Assembly (NCBI GenBank): GCA_025966225.1
Contig: JAOPVI010000048.1
Location: 12,138 to 76,137, forward strand
DNA: 64,000 nt
Source of the DNA: Mycobacterium sp.
Lineage (GTDB): Bacteria; Actinomycetota; Actinomycetes; Mycobacteriales; Mycobacteriaceae
Direction: 5' to 3'
This document shows positions 60,947 through 64,000 of this stretch, piece after piece. Position 1 is the stretch's first letter. Each line of letters begins with the position of its first letter. The notes beneath the pieces were generated by a model. It had not been told where the DNA came from. It saw only the letters and a program-made list of their open reading frames with translations, and did not search any database. The translations under genes were made by a program, and so were the position numbers.

Positions 60947-62137
60947 TCAGGGCATGCAGGTTCCGGTGGGGACCTTCGCGGTGTTGCCCACCTTCGCCAT
61001 CTGTTTGGCGACCTCGTTGGCCGTGAGCACGAACCCGGTGTCCGCGTCGTCGACCGCGGCGCCGAACACCACTCCGAGCACCCGACCGTCCCTATCGATC
61101 AACGGTCCGCCCGAATTACCTTGCCGGACAGTGCCTCTGATGGTATACACCTCACGGACCACCGTGGTGGTGTGATAAATGTCAGGCCCACTGAGCTGGA
61201 TGATCTCCCGAATCCGAGCAGGCGTCGCGGTGAAGTCCCCGCCGCCGGGATAACCCAACACGACCGCGTCGGTCCCCGTCTGGGCCTCTCGGCTGTCGAA
61301 GCCCAGCGGCGCCGACGGCAGATCCGGCACGTCGAGAATGGAGATGTCAGCATCGGGGTCGTAGGACACGACGCTCGCGTTGTAGGTCTGGCCCTCGGCT
61401 TCCACGGTGACGGTCTCCGAGCCAGCGACGACGTGCGCGTTGGACATCACCCGGTTGGGCGAGACGACGAAGCCGCTGCCCTCGAGAATCCGCTGGCAAC
61501 TCGGTGCCACACCGCGGATCTTGAGCACGCTGGGTCGTGTCGCGGCGACCACGGGATCCGACGCCAAACCAGGGTCGGGCACCTCGACGTTGACGATGGG
61601 GGTGCGACCGAACGTCGGGAACACGTCGGGCAGTCCGGTGGTGTCGACGAACTTGCTGAGGCTGGCCCGCAGTTCCCTGGTCACCCATTCGGGCGCGACC
61701 TTGTCGACGCCGGTGAGAATCCGCGAACCACGCACGGCCGCAGCGAGATTCGGTTGATCTGAGGACGTGAACGGGATGGCCAACACCCACGCGGCCAGCA
61801 GGATCGTGACGACCTGCAGCGCCACTCCGCCCAGCGAATCGATGGTGCGCAGACCCGAATTGCGGATGGCGGCCCGCGCGGCCCGGCCGAGCACCACGCC
61901 TGCGATCTCGCCGATCACGACCAGGCCGAGCACCAGGAACAGCGCGACGAACAACCTGGTGCGGTTGCCCTCGATATGGGTGACCACGTGCGGGGCGAGC
62001 AGGACGCCCGCCACCGCGCCGAGCACCACTCCGATGAACGACAACAGCGAGCCGAGCACCCCGGAGCGCCAGCCAGAGATGGCGGCGACGAACGCGACGG
62101 CCAGGATCGCGAGATCGAGCCACTGTGACGCAGTCAT
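60947..62137 (-). CDS. marP: membrane-anchored periplasmic serine protease MarP (Rv3671c-like)
   Basis: ORF of 396 aa with four N-terminal TM helices and a trypsin-like domain carrying SNAHVV and GNSGGPL. Confidence 0.9.
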   Translation of the reverse strand: MTASQWLDLAILAVAFVAAISGWRSGVLGSLLSFIGVVLGAVAGVLLAPHVVTHIEGNRTRLFVALFLVLGLVVIGEIAGVVLGRAARAAIRNSGLRTIDSLGGVALQVVTILLAAWVLAIPFTSSDQPNLAAAVRGSRILTGVDKVAPEWVTRELRASLSKFVDTTGLPDVFPTFGRTPIVNVEVPDPGLASDPVVAATRPSVLKIRGVAPSCQRILEGSGFVVSPNRVMSNAHVVAGSETVTVEAEGQTYNASVVSYDPDADISILDVPDLPSAPLGFDSREAQTGTDAVVLGYPGGGDFTATPARIREIIQLSGPDIYHTTTVVREVYTIRGTVRQGNSGGPLIDRDGRVLGVVFGAAVDDADTGFVLTANEVAKQMAKVGNTAKVPTGTCMP

Positions 62138-62943
62138 TGTTGGCCCTCACGGTAACCGTTGGTGGTGTCGACGAGGGCGATTGCCTCATCGAGCTCACGC
62201 ACGTCGCGAGTGTTCCACGGCTTCGCCCAGCCCGCGACGTCGAGCATCGCCGAGATCACCTGGCCGGTGAAACCCCAAACCAGCATCTCGTTCAGCAGGA
62301 ATGCCGGGCCCGCGAACCGCCGGGTGTTCTGCTGTCGGTACACCATCAATCGATTGTCGGGATTGATGAAGGCGCGCACGGGAACCCGCGCCACGATCGC
62401 CGTTTCTCCCGAATTGACGACGCCGACCGGCCCAGGATCGGGCGAGTACGCGAGCACCGGAATCACGTGAAAGCCCGACGGCGGGATGAACATCCGGTCG
62501 AGGGTCGCCAGCGGGCGGAGTCGGGTGGTGTCGATGCCCGTCTCCTCGCGCGCCTCGCGCAACGCGGTGAACACCGGACCATCGTCCCCCGGGTCGGCCG
62601 CACCGCCAGGAAACGCCGCCTGTCCTGCGTGGTTGCGCAGCGTCGAGGCCCGAACCGTGACCAGCAGATCGGCGTCGTCGGGGAGCCCGCCGGACGGCGA
62701 ATCCTCCGGTCCCGAGAACAGCACCAGTACCGCGGCATCGCGATTGTTGCCGTTGAGCGTGGCCGCGGCATTGGCGGCGGTGATGCTGGCCAAGACGTCG
62801 GCAGGCACACTCCGTCGATAGGCGCCAGGCACGTCGGCGACCTTGTTGACCAGGTGCTTGAGCCAAGTGGGCGCGGCGGCGGGACCGAGCTGACTGCCCG
62901 CGCGGTCGGAGCTCAACCCGGCGCTCCCATCTGTGGTGTTCAC
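62134..62943 (-). CDS. Nudix hydrolase (CoA pyrophosphatase-like, Rv3672c-like)
   Basis: GTG at 62943 overlaps the upstream stop (GTGA) and gives 269 aa. The Nudix box is GGAADPGDDGPVFTALREAREETGI. Confidence 0.86.
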   Translation of the reverse strand: MNTTDGSAGLSSDRAGSQLGPAAAPTWLKHLVNKVADVPGAYRRSVPADVLASITAANAAATLNGNNRDAAVLVLFSGPEDSPSGGLPDDADLLVTVRASTLRNHAGQAAFPGGAADPGDDGPVFTALREAREETGIDTTRLRPLATLDRMFIPPSGFHVIPVLAYSPDPGPVGVVNSGETAIVARVPVRAFINPDNRLMVYRQQNTRRFAGPAFLLNEMLVWGFTGQVISAMLDVAGWAKPWNTRDVRELDEAIALVDTTNGYREGQQ

Positions 62944-63590
62944 GTTATGCCTGAGTTCACCGCGGCTGCTATCTCGTCGGCAGTGACGAAGGACCGCGGC
63001 AGGACCTCGGCAACGGTACCGTCCGAGCGCAGTACGACCGTCGCAGGCATCACGTTGGGAACCCTCAGTGCGGCCGCGATGAGTCTGCGACCGTCCTGAA
63101 GGGTCGGCAACCGCACCCCGAGCTCGGCCAGTCGCAACAGACCGGCCGTCTCGTTCTCGTCCTGATGCACGGTGAGCACGGTGACGCGGTCGCCCTCGCG
63201 GCGCTGGTACTCGGCCATCGCAGGAAGCTCGTCGGCACAGGGCCCGCACCAGTACGCCCACAGGTTGAGCACGGTCGCCCGGCCCGCCAGCGATTTGGCC
63301 ACGTCGACGGGGGTGCCATCGCCCGCGCACGGCAGGGTGATGCCGCGGAGGGCCTGCGGACCGTCACCGACGCCGGCGGGCGGACACGGTTCGAGCCTGG
63401 CCTTGGCCCGCGGCTCGGCGAGCGCTTCGGCAGTGTCGGCGTCCCGATGGTCGCGGGCGACCCCTTGGCTGCCGACTCCGGGCGTCGCGCTCTGCTCCGA
63501 ATCGGAGTCGCGCAGTTCCATCGACAACGCGACGACCAGGGCCGCAACTACGATCAGCACCGCAACGGTCCAGCGGGTCGTCCTACTCAT
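62940..63590 (-). CDS. membrane-anchored thioredoxin-like protein (TlpA/ResA family, Rv3673c-like)
   Basis: ORF of 216 aa with an N-terminal TM helix and the redox motif WAYWCGPC. Confidence 0.85.
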   Translation of the reverse strand: MSRTTRWTVAVLIVVAALVVALSMELRDSDSEQSATPGVGSQGVARDHRDADTAEALAEPRAKARLEPCPPAGVGDGPQALRGITLPCAGDGTPVDVAKSLAGRATVLNLWAYWCGPCADELPAMAEYQRREGDRVTVLTVHQDENETAGLLRLAELGVRLPTLQDGRRLIAAALRVPNVMPATVVLRSDGTVAEVLPRSFVTADEIAAAVNSGIT

Positions 63591-63602
63591 CTTGTCGCGA
63601 GC

Positions 63603-64000
63603 TCAGAGCCCGGCCAACGCCAGCAGGTGCTCGGTCTCCGGACCCTTCACCAGTGGAGCCGCGACGAGTGGATCCGTCGGGCCCGTACCAAAGGAGGGGC
63701 AATCCTTGGCCAGCACGCACACCCCGCAGGCGGGTTTCTTGGCGTGACACACCCGGCGGCCGTGGAAGATCACCCGGTGGCTGAGCAGTGTCCACTCCTT
63801 GCGCTCGATGAGGTCGCCGATCGCGAACTCGACCTTCACCGGATCCTCTAGCTCGGTCCAGCGCCAGCGCCGCACCAACCGGCCGAAGTGGGTGTCGACG
63901 GTGATTCCGGGAATGTCGAACGCATTGCCGAGCACGACGTTGGCCGTCTTGCGGCCGATGCCGGGCAGGGTGACCAGTTCGTCCAGCGTGTGTGGAACCT
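63603..64000 (-). CDS. nth: endonuclease III (N-terminal end runs off the right edge of the window)
   Basis: The HhH-GPD segment [20 protein letters not shown] and the 4Fe-4S cluster loop [17 protein letters not shown] are both present. The stop is at 63603. Confidence 0.93.
   Translation of the reverse strand, partial: VPHTLDELVTLPGIGRKTANVVLGNAFDIPGITVDTHFGRLVRRWRWTELEDPVKVEFAIGDLIERKEWTLLSHRVIFHGRRVCHAKKPACGVCVLAKDCPSFGTGPTDPLVAAPLVKGPETEHLLALAGL

Overview
High-GC actinobacterial chromosome segment, clearly Mycobacteriaceae. From memory, gene order follows the M. tuberculosis Rv3610c (ftsH) to Rv3674c (nth) region. The shared core is ftsH, ephA, lpqG, hpt, tilS, Rv3626c-like protease, dacB and ppa, then Rv3630-3632 (ppgS), galE1, Rv3635, tRNA-Thr, holB, adenylate cyclase Rv3645 and topA. 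It continues with the DECH helicase, an Rv3651-like protein, the Flp/Tad pilus locus with ssd, the 6C sRNA, a HAD hydrolase and an Ms1-like IGR. It ends with acs, an S1 protease, ephE, marP, a Nudix hydrolase, a thioredoxin-like protein and nth.

A roughly 16 kb accessory block (about 10.9-27.1 kb) sits between ppa and the Rv3630 homologue. It carries purine catabolism genes (uraD, allantoicase), two giant class III cyclase-STAND ATPases, an esterase, lhgO, a LysR regulator and an alpha-ketoglutarate-semialdehyde dehydrogenase. It also holds an unusual number of gene remnants: a P450 fragment with two -1 frameshifts, a LuxR tail, two damaged 2-hydroxyacid dehydrogenases, a truncated kdgD and a possible LLM fragment.

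The most interesting locus is a Pls/PosA-type single-module NRPS (A-T followed by six TM helices and three hexapeptide-repeat domains). It is linked through overlapping or adjacent stop/start codons to an M1 metallopeptidase and then to the Rv3630-like flippase, ppgS and Rv3632. This suggests an undescribed homopoly(amino acid) envelope system.

No CRISPR array, rRNA, transposase or integrase was seen. Many long ORFs in the supplied track are antisense shadows typical of high-GC DNA. All function calls rest on motifs read by eye and on remembered synteny; no database search was run.
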